DNA from: an uncultured Alphaproteobacteria bacterium
Lineage (GTDB): Bacteria > Pseudomonadota > Alphaproteobacteria > HIMB59 > GCA-002718135
Direction: 5' to 3'
Assembly (NCBI GenBank): GCA_902518705.1
Contig: CABYHW010000001.1
Coordinates: forward strand, 16,798-80,797
Length of the DNA: 64,000 nt
Shown: positions 37,102-48,967 of the stretch, one piece after another
How positions within the stretch are numbered: the first letter of the stretch is position 1
Layout: each line of letters begins with the position of its first letter
The notes under the pieces: generated by a model
What the model was told of the DNA's origin: nothing
The model's input: only the letters and a program-made list of their open reading frames with translations
The model's database searches: none
Program-made: the position numbers and the translations under genes

Positions 37102-38007
37102 CTATATTAGTATTTTATTTGGTTTAAACAAATTACCATCTAATTTGCCTATTGAGACAATGTCTCCTTTCTTAAATAAAAAAATATTTTTTTTATCTAA
37201 GTTTATTGACGAAGAATTTATGATTTTTTCTTCATCAATTTTAATAGATCTCCCAAAAGATAAATTTTTAATATCCATTTTTTCTTCAATTTCATAAGCC
37301 AAGATGTCGTCCAGCATAGAAATTGTAGGAGAGATAAAATTAATTCCTTCGTGCATTTGTCCTATTTTAAGCAGATCGTCCAGTAAAATCGAAGTTTTTT
37401 CTCTAAATTTACCTACTTTTGACCTTTTCAGTGAAGAAATATGACCATATGTTTTTAGGTCTAAAGCAAAATCACGAGCAAAACTTCTAACATAAAAACC
37501 TTTTCCGCATAAAATTTTAAATAATGTTTTGTCTGTACTGTGTTTAGTGATACTTAAGTTTTCAACAAAAACTTTTTTGGGCTCAATTGTAAATGTTTCG
37601 TTTTCTCTAAATAATTTATAAGCTCTTTCACCATTGATTTTAACTGCAGAAACTTTTGGCGGTGTCTGGGTAATATAACCTAAGTAATTAATTATTTTGT
37701 TCTCTATTTCATTTTTTGTTGGGAAATAATTTGATTCAAATAGAATTTTACCACCTGAATCATCTGTTGTTGTTTGACTGCCCCAAGTTATTGTGAACTC
37801 ATATTCTTTTTTCATAATACTAATATATGGAATCAACTTAGTTGCTTTTCCTATAGCAATAGGTAATACTCCCTCAGCCATAGGGTCTAGAGTGCCTGCA
37901 TGACCAATTTTGTTAATTGAAAATTTTTTTTTAATAGAGTTTATGGCTTTAAAAGATGTAATATTTTTAGGTTTATATAAATTGATCCAACCCTGTTTTG
38001 AAATCAT
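37102..38007 (-). CDS. truB: tRNA pseudouridine(55) synthase
   Basis: [29 protein letters not shown]. Confidence 0.96.
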   Translation of the reverse strand: MISKQGWINLYKPKNITSFKAINSIKKKFSINKIGHAGTLDPMAEGVLPIAIGKATKLIPYISIMKKEYEFTITWGSQTTTDDSGGKILFESNYFPTKNEIENKIINYLGYITQTPPKVSAVKINGERAYKLFRENETFTIEPKKVFVENLSITKHSTDKTLFKILCGKGFYVRSFARDFALDLKTYGHISSLKRSKVGKFREKTSILLDDLLKIGQMHEGINFISPTISMLDDILAYEIEEKMDIKNLSFGRSIKIDEEKIINSSSINLDKKNIFLFKKGDIVSIGKLDGNLFKPNKILI

Positions 38008-38372
38008 TACTTAATATCTCTAAGGACATTTTTATTTAATAAAAGGTTTTCAATTTTTTCTGCTTCATCAAATGTATCATCTAAATAAAAAGCAAGTTTT
38101 GGTGTAAATTTTGAATTGATTTTTGCTTTTGATAGAAATTTTTGAAAAATATATTTTCTTTCTTTTAAAACTTCTAAAATTTGGATTTTGTTCTTACCAC
38201 CTAGAGGCATAAAATAGACGTTTGCAATTTTTAAATCCTTAGACATTCTAACAAATGATATTGTAATAGATGCAGAATTAAGATTTTCGTCAAAAAAATC
38301 TTCTTTTAATAAACAATCACTTAGTAATGACCTTATCAATTCACCAAATCTAATTTGCCTTTGTGTATCCAT
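38007..38372 (-). CDS. rbfA: ribosome-binding factor A
   Basis: MSKDLKIANVY, TPKL.F.LD; between infB and truB. Confidence 0.9.
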   Translation of the reverse strand: MDTQRQIRFGELIRSLLSDCLLKEDFFDENLNSASITISFVRMSKDLKIANVYFMPLGGKNKIQILEVLKERKYIFQKFLSKAKINSKFTPKLAFYLDDTFDEAEKIENLLLNKNVLRDIK

Positions 38373-38384
38373 CGTAAAAAAACA

Positions 38385-40625
38385 TTATAACTTTCTGCTT
38401 GTAGAAACTTCTTCAAATGTTTCAATAATATCACCGACTTTTATATCACTATAATTATCTAACATTACACCGCACTCAAAACCTGACTTAACTTCAGATA
38501 CTTCTTCTTTAAATCTTTTAAGGCTGCTAATTTGACCTTTATGTATTACAATATTATCTCTTAAAATTCTAATCTGTGATTTTCTTGAAATATGACCATC
38601 TTTAACCATGCACCCAGCAATATTTCCAACTTTAGATATATTGAATACTTCTCTAATCTCTACGTTACCTGTAATATTTTCAGAAATATCTGGTTTCAAT
38701 AGACCAGTTAAAAGATTTTTTACATCATCAATAAGTTCATAAATAATTGAATAATATTTAATATCTACACCATCCCTTTTAGCTATATCTCTAGCATGAG
38801 GTAGTGCTCTAACATTAAAACCAACAATAAAACCTTTTCCTGAACCAGCTAACGTAACATCACTCTCAGTAATAGCACCTACACCTTTGTAAATGACATT
38901 TACCCTTACTTCATCAGTTGATAGTTTGGTTATTGAATTTTCAATTGCTTCTGCAGAACCCTGAACATCAGTTTTGATTACTACAGGTAGAGTTGTTGCT
39001 TCGCCTTTATTAATTTGAGCAAACATTTCCTCAACATTAGATTTAGCAACTGTATTTTTTTGAATTTGAATTTTACTTGATCTAAATTCTGCAATTTTTC
39101 TAGCAATACCCTCATTTTCAACGACAATAAAATCGTCCCCAGCTAATGGATTAGAATCAAATCCTAAAACTTCAACCGGTACTGATGGTTCAGCTTGCTT
39201 AATATTTTTACCTTTATCATCTATTAAAGCTTTTACTTTTCCCCACTCAGACCCCGATACGAAAATATCACTAACTTTTAATGTTCCTTTTTGAACTAAT
39301 ACTGTTGCAACTGAACCTCGGCCTTTTTCTAGCTTTGATTCAATAACAGAGCCTCTAGCTTTTCTATCAGGATTTGCTTTAAGGTTAAGTAAATCGGCTT
39401 GTAAATGGATAGCCTCTTCTAGTTTATCTAAATTCGTTCCTTTAGTTGCGGATACTTCAATATCTAAAACTTCACCACTTAGTTTTTCAACAATTATCTC
39501 ATGACTAAGTAATTCATTCCTAACCTTATCAGGGTCAGCTCCCGGAAGATCTATTTTGTTGATAGCAACTATTATTGGTACTTCCGCAGATTTTGCATGA
39601 GCTATAGATTCAATAGTCTGAGGTTTAATTCCGTCATCTGCAGCTACAACAAGTATAACTATATCAGTTGTTTTAGATCCTCTAGCTCTCATGTTTGAGA
39701 AAGCAGCATGGCCAGGAGTATCAATAAATGTAATCTTTTTATTATTATTATTAATTTGGTAAGCGCCAATATGCTGTGTAATACCGCCTGCTTCACCAGA
39801 TACTACATTACTTTCTCTAAAAGCATCAAGTAGAGAAGTTTTTCCATGATCAACATGGCCCATAATTGTTACTACAGGAGCTCTTTTTATAAGACTATCT
39901 TCATGGTCTTCAAAATCATTAATATCATTCAATACATCTTCATCTTTAACTACAGTCACTTTATGACCTAATTCTTCTGCAACTAATTGAGCTGTATCAG
40001 ACTCTAAAGATTGAGTAGCATTTGCCATAACACCCATTTTCATTAAGACTTTAACTACATCAGCAGTTTTTTCTGCCATTCTGTTGGCTAAATCTTGGAC
40101 AGTAATGAAATCAGGAATGGAAATTTCTCTAGAAATTTTGCTTTCCTCTGATTCGTTTGCAGATTTTAGTTTTTCTTTTTCTCTAGCTCTTTTAATTTTG
40201 GCTAAACTTGGAAATTTATCAAATTCTTGTTCTTCTTGTTCTAATATTTTCTTTGCATCAGATTTACTAAAATCATCTTCAAGTGGTCTTAGAGTTGATT
40301 TTTTTTGTTGGGTTTTTTTATCTACACTTTTCTTGTTTTTATTTTCAAAATTTCTAGTTTTATTTGGGGAGGAAAAATTTGGTTGTGGTGATGAATTTAT
40401 TCCTGGCCTTGGTGTTCTTAGACTAGACGATCCTCTAAAGTTAGATTGGGCTGTAGATGAACTCTTCTGCTGATTGTTTTTATTTTTAAAAACAATTTGT
40501 ATTGTTTTTTTACTACCACTAGATCTTGCTTTATCACCTGCGGGACCAAGATTTTTTCTTATCTGTAATCTTCCAGATGAGGATAATTTTAGTGGTTTTT
40601 TTTTATTTCCTTTATTTTTTTCCAA
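38385..40625 (-). CDS. infB: translation initiation factor IF-2
   Basis: [22 protein letters not shown]. Confidence 0.98.
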   Translation of the reverse strand: MEKNKGNKKKPLKLSSSGRLQIRKNLGPAGDKARSSGSKKTIQIVFKNKNNQQKSSSTAQSNFRGSSSLRTPRPGINSSPQPNFSSPNKTRNFENKNKKSVDKKTQQKKSTLRPLEDDFSKSDAKKILEQEEQEFDKFPSLAKIKRAREKEKLKSANESEESKISREISIPDFITVQDLANRMAEKTADVVKVLMKMGVMANATQSLESDTAQLVAEELGHKVTVVKDEDVLNDINDFEDHEDSLIKRAPVVTIMGHVDHGKTSLLDAFRESNVVSGEAGGITQHIGAYQINNNNKKITFIDTPGHAAFSNMRARGSKTTDIVILVVAADDGIKPQTIESIAHAKSAEVPIIVAINKIDLPGADPDKVRNELLSHEIIVEKLSGEVLDIEVSATKGTNLDKLEEAIHLQADLLNLKANPDRKARGSVIESKLEKGRGSVATVLVQKGTLKVSDIFVSGSEWGKVKALIDDKGKNIKQAEPSVPVEVLGFDSNPLAGDDFIVVENEGIARKIAEFRSSKIQIQKNTVAKSNVEEMFAQINKGEATTLPVVIKTDVQGSAEAIENSITKLSTDEVRVNVIYKGVGAITESDVTLAGSGKGFIVGFNVRALPHARDIAKRDGVDIKYYSIIYELIDDVKNLLTGLLKPDISENITGNVEIREVFNISKVGNIAGCMVKDGHISRKSQIRILRDNIVIHKGQISSLKRFKEEVSEVKSGFECGVMLDNYSDIKVGDIIETFEEVSTSRKL

Positions 40626-40627
40626 TT

Positions 40628-42166
40628 TTAATCCTTAGTATTTTCAGTAAACCAGCTCTCTCTAGCTTTCATAATCATTTTATTAACTGCTTCCTCGTCT
40701 ATATCGATATTTTTTAAAATACCTTCGTCTTTATCAACTAGTTCAAATGTAGCTAGATCTGCAAAGTCATCTTTGGTTAAAATATTTGATCTAGCAAGTT
40801 GTGCTAATATTGCTGAAGTCATACCATCTAATTTTTTTAATTCTTCATCTTTGATTTTTTCATTTATAATTTTGTTATTTTCTTCATCCAATTCTTTTAA
40901 ATAATTTTTTGCTCTTTCCAGGATTTCGCCTGCTAAAGCAGAGTCAAAACCTTCAATTTTTTCTATGTTTTCTATTGTTTCAAATGCAATTGAATCAATT
41001 GTTGTATAACCGTCTGTAACTAAAAGTTGAGCAATAACATCCTCAACATCCAATAACTCTGAAATTAATGAACTTTTCTCTTTAAATTCTTGCTGTCTTC
41101 TCTCAGATTCTTCCTCTTCCGTTAGAATATCTATTTCAAGGTTTGTTAAGTTAGAAGCCAACTTTACATTTTGACCTTTTCTTCCTATTGCGAGACTTAG
41201 TTGATCATCTGGTATGACAACTTCAACTTTACTTTTTTCTTCAAATAGAAAAATTTTGGTAACCTCAGCTGGAGCCAAGGCATTAGCAAGAAAAGTCGCT
41301 TGATTTTCTGACCAAGTAACAATATCAATTTTTTCTCCTTGTAACTCGTTTACAACTGCCTGTACTCTTGACCCCCTCATACCAACACAGGCTCCTACAG
41401 GGTCTATAGTTGAATCTTCTGTATAAACACTGATTTTTGCTCTAGAACCAGGGTCTCTAGCAACACTTTTGACAATAATTATACCTTCATAAATTTCAGG
41501 GACTTCCTGAAAAAACAATTTTGATAAAAATTGAGGATGTGTTCTTGATAAAAAAACTTGATAACCTTTCAAATCATTTTTTACTTCGTATATATATGCT
41601 CTAACTCTATCGCCATTTTTAAAAGTCTCTCTAGGAATTAATTCCTCTCTTTTGATTATTGCTTCGCTTTTGCCTAGGTCTAAAATTAAATTTCCAAATT
41701 CAATTCGTTTAACAATTCCAACTGCAATTTCCCCAACTTTGTCTTTATACTCTTCGTATTGTTTTGATTTATCTGCTTCTCTAACTTTTTGAATGATAAC
41801 GCCTTTGGCGTTTTGTGCAGCAACTCTTCCAAGTTCGATAGGAGGTAAATCTTTTATAATAAACTCCCCAAGATTAATATTTGGATTAATCTCTTTTGCT
41901 TCATCTAAAAGAATTTGTCTTGATTGAAAAACTTCATCCAGTACTTGAACAACCTCTAAATATGATTTTAATGAAATATCACCTGTAGATCTGTCAATTG
42001 AAACTCTGATATCAATTTCTTGCCCATATTTAACTCTTGCAGCTTTTTCTAATGCTTGTTCCATCGCTGAAAAAACTGAGTCTTGTTCAATGTTTTTTTC
42101 TAGCGCTACATTAGAAGCCACCTGAAGCATTTCTTCTCTAATTACGTTATATTTTTTTTTAGCCAT
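40628..42166 (-). CDS. nusA: transcription termination factor NusA
   Basis: S1/KH domains, ARDPGSRAK, SLAIGRKGQNV, C-terminal AR repeats. Confidence 0.97.
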   Translation of the reverse strand: MAKKKYNVIREEMLQVASNVALEKNIEQDSVFSAMEQALEKAARVKYGQEIDIRVSIDRSTGDISLKSYLEVVQVLDEVFQSRQILLDEAKEINPNINLGEFIIKDLPPIELGRVAAQNAKGVIIQKVREADKSKQYEEYKDKVGEIAVGIVKRIEFGNLILDLGKSEAIIKREELIPRETFKNGDRVRAYIYEVKNDLKGYQVFLSRTHPQFLSKLFFQEVPEIYEGIIIVKSVARDPGSRAKISVYTEDSTIDPVGACVGMRGSRVQAVVNELQGEKIDIVTWSENQATFLANALAPAEVTKIFLFEEKSKVEVVIPDDQLSLAIGRKGQNVKLASNLTNLEIDILTEEEESERRQQEFKEKSSLISELLDVEDVIAQLLVTDGYTTIDSIAFETIENIEKIEGFDSALAGEILERAKNYLKELDEENNKIINEKIKDEELKKLDGMTSAILAQLARSNILTKDDFADLATFELVDKDEGILKNIDIDEEAVNKMIMKARESWFTENTKD

Positions 42167-42172
42167 AGTTAT

Positions 42173-42198
42173 AAAAAAAAGGTGGGATAACCCACCTT
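42173..42198 (-). terminator. intrinsic terminator/attenuator directly before nusA (rimP-leader-like)
   Basis: Minus strand AAGGTGGG-TTAT-CCCACCTT running into T8, 6 nt before the nusA ATG. Confidence 0.75.
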
Positions 42199-42238
42199 AA
42201 TAATACTGCGTATATTAATATTTTACAAAATTTCAAGC

Positions 42239-42895
42239 TTATAATTTTCTCAAAATGAATAAAGATGGTTTTCTTTGAGAATTAATTGCTTTTTTATAAT
42301 ATTTTGTCTCAATATCAAAATAGTCTTTTATGTGTAAATTCATTTCTGATTGATTTAGCCATAAAAAATAATCCTTACAATTGTAAATTGAATTTAAAAT
42401 AAATCTTACATATATTGTTGAATCTGTAGCTATGTGTATTTCAGAACTCTGTTTTAAAACTTTATGAAGTTTTATTAAAAATTTACTTGTTATCAATCTT
42501 CTCTTAGCATGTCTATTTTTTGGCCATGGGTCAGGAAAAAATATCCATACAAGGTCAAAACATTTTCTATGTATAGATTCTAAAATATCATATACATTTC
42601 CGTTATGTAATCGAATATTTTTTATTTTATTCTTTTCAATGTTTTTAAGTAAAATTATATTTCCATCAATGTATTTTTCACAAGATATAACAACTTTATC
42701 TAAAAATTTATTTGCAAGAAATATACTAGTTTCACCATAACCAGTACCAATATCTAAAATATAATTTATTTTTTCATCGCAATTTTGAAACTGATATTTA
42801 GCTACTGTTTGATGATATTTTTTTAAATTAATTTTTTTCTTGCTTCTACCTCTTGTTCTTCCAAATAAACGATTTCCATAATTCTTACTAAGCAT
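42239..42895 (-). CDS. trmB: tRNA (guanine-N7)-methyltransferase
   Basis: LDIGTGYGE, FFPDPWPK.RH.KRR, ATD. Confidence 0.93.
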   Translation of the reverse strand: MLSKNYGNRLFGRTRGRSKKKINLKKYHQTVAKYQFQNCDEKINYILDIGTGYGETSIFLANKFLDKVVISCEKYIDGNIILLKNIEKNKIKNIRLHNGNVYDILESIHRKCFDLVWIFFPDPWPKNRHAKRRLITSKFLIKLHKVLKQSSEIHIATDSTIYVRFILNSIYNCKDYFLWLNQSEMNLHIKDYFDIETKYYKKAINSQRKPSLFILRKL

Positions 42896-44339
42896 TTTTT
42901 CTTAAATAATAGAAAATACTAAATATAAAAATAATGAAAAAATATATTTTTAATATTGAATGAAAATTAATGAAATTATTATTTTTTTTAAATGATAATT
43001 TATAATTAAAATTTTCAGTTTTATTAAATTGGGTTCTAATTAGTACAGCGCCATTATTGTCTATCACTGCAGATATTCCATTATTAGAAACACGAATAAT
43101 TGGCTTATTAAATTCTGCAGCTCTAATTTTGGTGAGATAGAAATGTTGATAAGGACCTAGATAATCACCAAACCAAAAATCATTCGTAATATTTACAATA
43201 AAATTACTTTCATTATTCAATTTATTTAATAGCTTCCAGTAAAAAACAATTTCATAACAAATGACAGGAATAAAACTCATATTATCAGATAGATTGATTA
43301 TTCTTTCAACTTTACCTTTTGAATAATCATTTTGACCCACAATACTTTCTAAAAAAGTTAGTGAATCTCTTAATGGAAGAAACTCTCCAAAGGGAACAAG
43401 TATTTTTTTATCAAAGTAAGTTACATTTACTAAATTAATATTTATTAAACTATTATAATATTTACTATTTTCATATCTTGTAGCTCCAATAATTAATGTT
43501 TGATTTTCTTTTAAAGAATCTTTTATGATTTTAAGTTCAAGATCATCTAAAAGATAAGGAAAGTTATTTTCACCAAAAATAAGCAATTCTGCAGTACTTT
43601 CATCTATATGTTTAATTATTCTTTGAAGTTTTTTTTCTGGTGTCAAAAATTGGTCATTATTTTTAAAATTTAATTGGAAAATTTCCATATTAATTGTTTT
43701 AATTTTAGAATTATTTTTTTCTAGGCTAAAATTTGCAATTAATAAACTAATTATTGGCAGAGAAATAAACAGTCCTAGATATTTCAATTCTTGTTTAAAG
43801 TTTTCTTTAGTTAAAAAAATAAAAGGGATGCAAAATATCTGAATAACTAAATAACTTGAAAATAATGTTCCAAATGATTTTATTGAAAATAGTAAATATT
43901 CATTACTAGAGAGTAATAATGAAAATGTAAACCAAGGAAATCCATAAAAAAATATGGATATTATATATTCACTAGATGTGAACATAAGTGGAATAAGAAT
44001 GATTATTGGAATTTTTTTTCCTAATTTAAAAATTATTGTAAAGATTAAACCTAAAATTACAGATAAGAATATTATCAGTAGTAAAAAAACCAGAAAAAAT
44101 TTTTTAGTTTCTTCAAAAACAAAAAAAGGATTTTTGATCCAAAATAAATAACTAATAAAAAAACCAAACCCAAATATTGATAATTTAATAAAAATGTTTT
44201 TATCACTATAATTTTCTCTATTTGAATCTAATAAGAAACAAAGACATGGAAATATAATGAAACCTAGTGGTAAAAAAAAATATGGAGGAAATAAAAGTGA
44301 GGTTAAAAGTCCTAAGATAAAGTAAATTAAAATACTCAA
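42888..44339 (-). CDS. lnt: apolipoprotein N-acyltransferase
   Basis: GFPW, K.ILVPFGE, ICYE, NITND.WFG, R.SNNGIS. Confidence 0.92.
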   Translation of the reverse strand: MSILIYFILGLLTSLLFPPYFFLPLGFIIFPCLCFLLDSNRENYSDKNIFIKLSIFGFGFFISYLFWIKNPFFVFEETKKFFLVFLLLIIFLSVILGLIFTIIFKLGKKIPIIILIPLMFTSSEYIISIFFYGFPWFTFSLLLSSNEYLLFSIKSFGTLFSSYLVIQIFCIPFIFLTKENFKQELKYLGLFISLPIISLLIANFSLEKNNSKIKTINMEIFQLNFKNNDQFLTPEKKLQRIIKHIDESTAELLIFGENNFPYLLDDLELKIIKDSLKENQTLIIGATRYENSKYYNSLININLVNVTYFDKKILVPFGEFLPLRDSLTFLESIVGQNDYSKGKVERIINLSDNMSFIPVICYEIVFYWKLLNKLNNESNFIVNITNDFWFGDYLGPYQHFYLTKIRAAEFNKPIIRVSNNGISAVIDNNGAVLIRTQFNKTENFNYKLSFKKNNNFINFHSILKIYFFIIFIFSIFYYLRKNA

Positions 44340-45185
44340 TTATTTTTATTTACTTCAACTATTTCAATTTTTCTATTGTTTGATTTAATAATCTTGATCC
44401 TAAGATCATTATTAAAATCAATTACTTCATTATTGTTTGGTATCCTATTTATTTTTTCATATACAAGCCCACCTACAGAAGAGGTTTCATCATCTTCATT
44501 TCTTGGAATATTAATTGAAAAAAAATTCTTCCAAATCTTCTACTCTATAACTAGCATCCACAGTTATTGAATTATCTGATTTTTTATAAACTAATTCTTC
44601 ATCATCTTCTGCGTCATGTTCATCTTCAATCTCACCAACAATTTCTTCAACTAAGTCTTCTATCGTTACCAATCCATCAACACCTCCAACTCCATCAACA
44701 ACTAGCCCTATATGAATCCTAGATGATCTCATGGTTTTCAGTAAATCTAAAATCGGAGATTTGGGAGCAACATATAATACATCTCTTATTATTTCACTCA
44801 TCTGAAATGTATCCTGTGAAGATTTAATAAAATCTTTTATGTGAAAAAAACCAATTACATTATCAATATTTTTTTTAAATACTGGAATTCTCGAATGTCC
44901 CTCTTCCTTAATAACTTCTAAAATTTCGTTGTAAGATTTATCATGGTCTAAGGCTACTATTTCACTTCTAGGTATCATTAAATCTTCAACACTTTTTTCA
45001 TTCAAATTTACGATGTTTTTAATTAGATTTTTCTCATTATTATCATTTAGATCGTCAATATTTTTATTATCTTCATCATTAGCTATAAAATTTAAAATAT
45101 CTTCTTTTGTTGAATCATTGGATAATAATTTTTTAATTATCCAATTTTTCCAGCTCGATGATTTATCAGCGTTATTTGTGTTCAT
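44336..45185 (-). pseudogene. corC: CorC/HlyC CBS-domain protein with a 1-bp frameshift (or sequencing error) in a T8 run
   Basis: CBS pair (GHSRIPV, TIEDLVEEIVGEIEDEHD); removing one base of the run at 44518-44525 restores the C-terminal domain ...ETSSVGGLVYEKINRIP...KIEIVEV, whose stop overlaps the lnt start. Confidence 0.85.
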
Positions 45186-45664
45186 TAAATTGTGTAAGGA
45201 TTGTTAATTCCAAATAATCCTAAAATTTTTATCTCCTCTCTTTTCATTTTTTTAAATTCTAAATTTTTTTTATGATTATATCCATTAATATGCAATAAAC
45301 TATGGATTAATAGATGGTTAAAATGATCATATATGCTAATTTTATTCCTACGTATATATTTTTCAATAGTATCAATTGAGAAAAAAATATCACAATATAA
45401 AATTTTTCCAACATTTTTATTTGAGTTCTTTGTAATAAAAGTAAGAACATCAGTATCTGTTTGTTTATTTTTATAGGTTTTATTAAGTTTAATCATTTTT
45501 GATTTATCTGTTAAAATTATATTCAGTTCAAATTTATGATCTCTTTTAAAATAAGAGTTCATTTTATTTATAGTCTTTTTTGTAATAGTCTTAATTTTAG
45601 GTATTCGCCTTGACCATTTTTTTGATTCAGAAAAAAAATCAACTTTTATGTTTTTCATATGCAT
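45185..45664 (-). CDS. ybeY: rRNA maturation RNase YbeY
   Basis: TDVLTF, HSLLHINGYNH. Confidence 0.9.
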   Translation of the reverse strand: MHMKNIKVDFFSESKKWSRRIPKIKTITKKTINKMNSYFKRDHKFELNIILTDKSKMIKLNKTYKNKQTDTDVLTFITKNSNKNVGKILYCDIFFSIDTIEKYIRRNKISIYDHFNHLLIHSLLHINGYNHKKNLEFKKMKREEIKILGLFGINNPYTI

Positions 45665-46598
45665 TAATAATTTTTTTGACTAAATCATGTCTAACGACAT
45701 CCTTTTCTGATAATTCGATAAAACCTATATCGTTAACTTTATTTAATTTTTTTAATGCATCCTTAAGCCCGGAATCTTTTTCACTTACAAGATCGATTTG
45801 TGTAATATCTCCTACAACCACCATTTGACTATTTTTACCTAATCTAGTTAAAAACATTTTCATTTGTGTTTTTGTTGTATTTTGAGCTTCATCCAAAATT
45901 ATAAAACAATCTTCAAGAGTTCTTCCTCTCATAAAGGCAATTGGTGCTATTTCTATTGTGTTGTTAAGTAATTTTTTTTCAACCTGTTCATAGGGTAGCA
46001 TTGAATATAAAGCATCATAGATAGGTCTCAAAAAAGGATCTACTTTTTCTTTTAAATCTCCAGGAAGAAAACCTAATTTTTCTCCAGCTTCAACAGCTGG
46101 TCTGGATAAAATAATTTTATTTACTTTGCCATCTTGAAGGGCTGAAACTGCTTTAGCAACAGCAAGATAAGTCTTTCCTGTCCCAGCAGGACCAATAGCA
46201 AATGTAATATTTTTGGTATTTAGTAATTGAAGATATTTATTTTGTATTTCAGTTCTTGGTATAATTTTTCTTTTTTTAGTTTGAATAAATAAATCCATCT
46301 GTTTGTCTGACTTAATATTCATAGATATTAAACTTTTATTATCTCTAATTCTATCCTCATCTATTTCAGCACCATTTTGTGCTTCTTTAAATAAGTTAAG
46401 AATAGTTTTCTTAGTTTCAAAAATTGATTTTTTATTACCTGATATTTTAATTTTATTTCCACGGTATTGGATTTTAACTTGATTAATTTGTTCTATAAGA
46501 GATAAGTTTCTATCATTGATACCAAATAAGTTACTTAAAATTGTATTATCTTCTAATTCTAATTCTAAATTTTCGTTTTTATTTACTATATCTGACAT
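45639..46598 (-). CDS. phoH: PhoH-like ATPase
   Basis: GPAGTGKTYLA, RPAVEAGE.LGFLPG, MRGRTL, DEAQN. Confidence 0.95.
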   Translation of the reverse strand: MSDIVNKNENLELELEDNTILSNLFGINDRNLSLIEQINQVKIQYRGNKIKISGNKKSIFETKKTILNLFKEAQNGAEIDEDRIRDNKSLISMNIKSDKQMDLFIQTKKRKIIPRTEIQNKYLQLLNTKNITFAIGPAGTGKTYLAVAKAVSALQDGKVNKIILSRPAVEAGEKLGFLPGDLKEKVDPFLRPIYDALYSMLPYEQVEKKLLNNTIEIAPIAFMRGRTLEDCFIILDEAQNTTKTQMKMFLTRLGKNSQMVVVGDITQIDLVSEKDSGLKDALKKLNKVNDIGFIELSEKDVVRHDLVKKIINAYEKHKS

Positions 46599-47887
46599 TC
46601 AAGTGCAAAGTTAGTTGAGTTTGTAATTTTCACATTCATAATTTGATTTAAGAGATCTTTTTTAGAGTTAATAAATGTACTTTGATTGTAGATTGTACGA
46701 CCTATAAATTGATCTTTATGCCTGCCTACCTTTTCAAATAATACTTCCATCCCTTTATTAACAAATGATTTATTAAAATTTATTTGTTGTTGTGTAAGTA
46801 AAGATTGCAAAGCGCTTAACCGAGCTTTTTTATCTAACAAACTAATATTATCTTTGTTTTGAGCAGGTGTTCCTGGTCTTGGACTATAAATAAATGAATA
46901 AGCAATAACAAAATTTACTTTTTCAATAAATTTCATTGTATGTTCAAAATCATTATCTGTTTCTTCCGGGAAACCGACAATAAAATCTGATGAAAGAGCA
47001 ATGTCAGGGCGAACATTTCTTATTTTTTCAACTATTCTTAAATAATCATCAACTGAATGTTTTCTGTTCATTTTTTTTAAAATTTTATCTGAGCCAGATT
47101 GAATGGGTAGATGAAGAAAAGGCATAAGTTTTGAATTATCAGCATGGGCATTTATGAGGGAATCTTTCATATCTATAGGGTGGGATGTCATATATCTAAT
47201 CCTTTTTATTTCTTCGATTTCACTGATTTTATTAATTAAGTAAGCTAGATCTTTTGATTTTCCATCTGATGCTACACCGTGGTAAGCATTAACATTTTGA
47301 CCTAGCAAAATTATTTCTTTAATACCATTTGATACATATTTTTTTGTTTCTTCTACTATATCATCAACTGGTCTAGAAAATTCAGGTCCTCTTGTATATG
47401 GCACTACACAAAAAGAACAAAACTTATCACACCCTTCTTGAATAGATAAAAATTCAGAAGATAAATTAGAAGAATTGAAAATTAAGTTTTTAAATTTTTC
47501 ATTTTGTAAAAACTCACTATTTTCAATTTCATCGACTTTATCAATCATATCAGGTAATTTGTGATAAGATTGAGGTCCAACGACATAATCAACTGAAGGA
47601 GATCTTTTTTTTATTTCAAGACCTTCAGCTTGAGCTACACAACCGGCAACTACTAATTTCATATTTTGTTTTTTGTCTTTAATTTTTTTTACTCTACCAA
47701 TATCAGAATAAACTTTTTCAACTGCCTTTTCTCTAATATGACAAGTATTCAAAACAGTTAAATCTGCTTTAGAAATATCTTTTGTTATTTTATATCCCTT
47801 ATTTGAGAACAAATCTTTAATACGATTACTATCATATACATTCATCTGACAGCCATAAGATTTTATATAAATATATTTATCAATCAT
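46586..47887 (-). CDS. miaB: tRNA-2-methylthio-N6-isopentenyladenosine synthase
   Basis: GCQMNVYDS, radical [12 protein letters not shown]-terminal TRAM. Confidence 0.96.
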   Translation of the reverse strand: MIDKYIYIKSYGCQMNVYDSNRIKDLFSNKGYKITKDISKADLTVLNTCHIREKAVEKVYSDIGRVKKIKDKKQNMKLVVAGCVAQAEGLEIKKRSPSVDYVVGPQSYHKLPDMIDKVDEIENSEFLQNEKFKNLIFNSSNLSSEFLSIQEGCDKFCSFCVVPYTRGPEFSRPVDDIVEETKKYVSNGIKEIILLGQNVNAYHGVASDGKSKDLAYLINKISEIEEIKRIRYMTSHPIDMKDSLINAHADNSKLMPFLHLPIQSGSDKILKKMNRKHSVDDYLRIVEKIRNVRPDIALSSDFIVGFPEETDNDFEHTMKFIEKVNFVIAYSFIYSPRPGTPAQNKDNISLLDKKARLSALQSLLTQQQINFNKSFVNKGMEVLFEKVGRHKDQFIGRTIYNQSTFINSKKDLLNQIMNVKITNSTNFALECQI

Positions 47888-48359
47888 TATTAATATTTTT
47901 TATGAAGCATTTAGCATGAATATTTTTGTCATTATACCTATAATAGTTATGTCTAAAATTTAAAAAGACAAAGTTGTTTTTTTGATAAAAATTTATTGCT
48001 TCTACATTATCTTCAGCAACTTCAATGAAAATCTTTGAAAAATTAAGATTATTTGTTTCAATATAATTTAATAATTTTGTTGCAATTTTTTTTCTTCTTT
48101 GATGTTTTGATACAAATAAAATATGTAATTCTAAATTATATTCTTTATCATTTTTAATTGTATCACCAATTAAGACTCCTACAAGATTATTATCCTTAAA
48201 ATATCCAAGAGAGTAATTATTATTTTTGCTAAAATGACTTTCAATATTTTTTATATTCCATCCTATGTTTTTAAAATAATTAAATTCATCACTATTATCA
48301 TTTATAAAATTGATTATTGATAATAAGTGTTCTTTATTTATTAAACTAATTCTATTCAA
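47880..48359 (-). CDS. rimI: GNAT acetyltransferase, RimI-like
   Basis: EVAEDN..AINFY..RHNYY; tsaB-rimI order. Confidence 0.75.
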   Translation of the reverse strand: MNRISLINKEHLLSIINFINDNSDEFNYFKNIGWNIKNIESHFSKNNNYSLGYFKDNNLVGVLIGDTIKNDKEYNLELHILFVSKHQRRKKIATKLLNYIETNNLNFSKIFIEVAEDNVEAINFYQKNNFVFLNFRHNYYRYNDKNIHAKCFIKNINND

Positions 48360-48967
48360 TTTAGTAATTGATTATTTGATATATATATTGGTTCAATAAT
48401 AATATTTTTTTTAAACGTAAAATTATTGTAATTGTTGTAAAATTCTTCAAAAAAAGAAAACTTCATTTGTTCTAGTTCATTTTTTTCATTTATTTTACTT
48501 TTATTAAAAAGAATCAAATCGATATTTTTTGGAATTGAATATTTATTATTTTCAATTTTATAGTATTTCATGTTGTGATCTTTAGTTTTATAACAAAAAA
48601 ATTTCTGATTATTAGAAGAGGTTATAAAAACTCCCAAATTTTTTTTGAAATGTTTTATTGCGTTAAAGTTTAAGATATCCTCAATAGTTAGTGGGTAATA
48701 AGGAATATTACGGGAAATCATAAGACCAGAAATAAATGCCGAACCAACCCTTAAACTTGTGTAAGAACCAGGACCAATAGTTGTAGAAATTTTTTTGAGA
48801 TTTTTAGTTAAATTTAATCGTTTATCTATTTCTATATAGGATTGTATTATATTATCACTTAACTTATCTGTTTCAGATTTAGTAATTTTCTGTTGTAATA
48901 TTATTTTGTTGTCATCAATTACACAAAATTCTGGTATTGATGATATAATATCTAGAAATAACAACAT
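48356..48967 (-). CDS. tsaB: tRNA t6A biosynthesis protein TsaB
   Basis: [11 protein letters not shown]; conserved position. Confidence 0.85.
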   Translation of the reverse strand: MLLFLDIISSIPEFCVIDDNKIILQQKITKSETDKLSDNIIQSYIEIDKRLNLTKNLKKISTTIGPGSYTSLRVGSAFISGLMISRNIPYYPLTIEDILNFNAIKHFKKNLGVFITSSNNQKFFCYKTKDHNMKYYKIENNKYSIPKNIDLILFNKSKINEKNELEQMKFSFFEEFYNNYNNFTFKKNIIIEPIYISNNQLLN

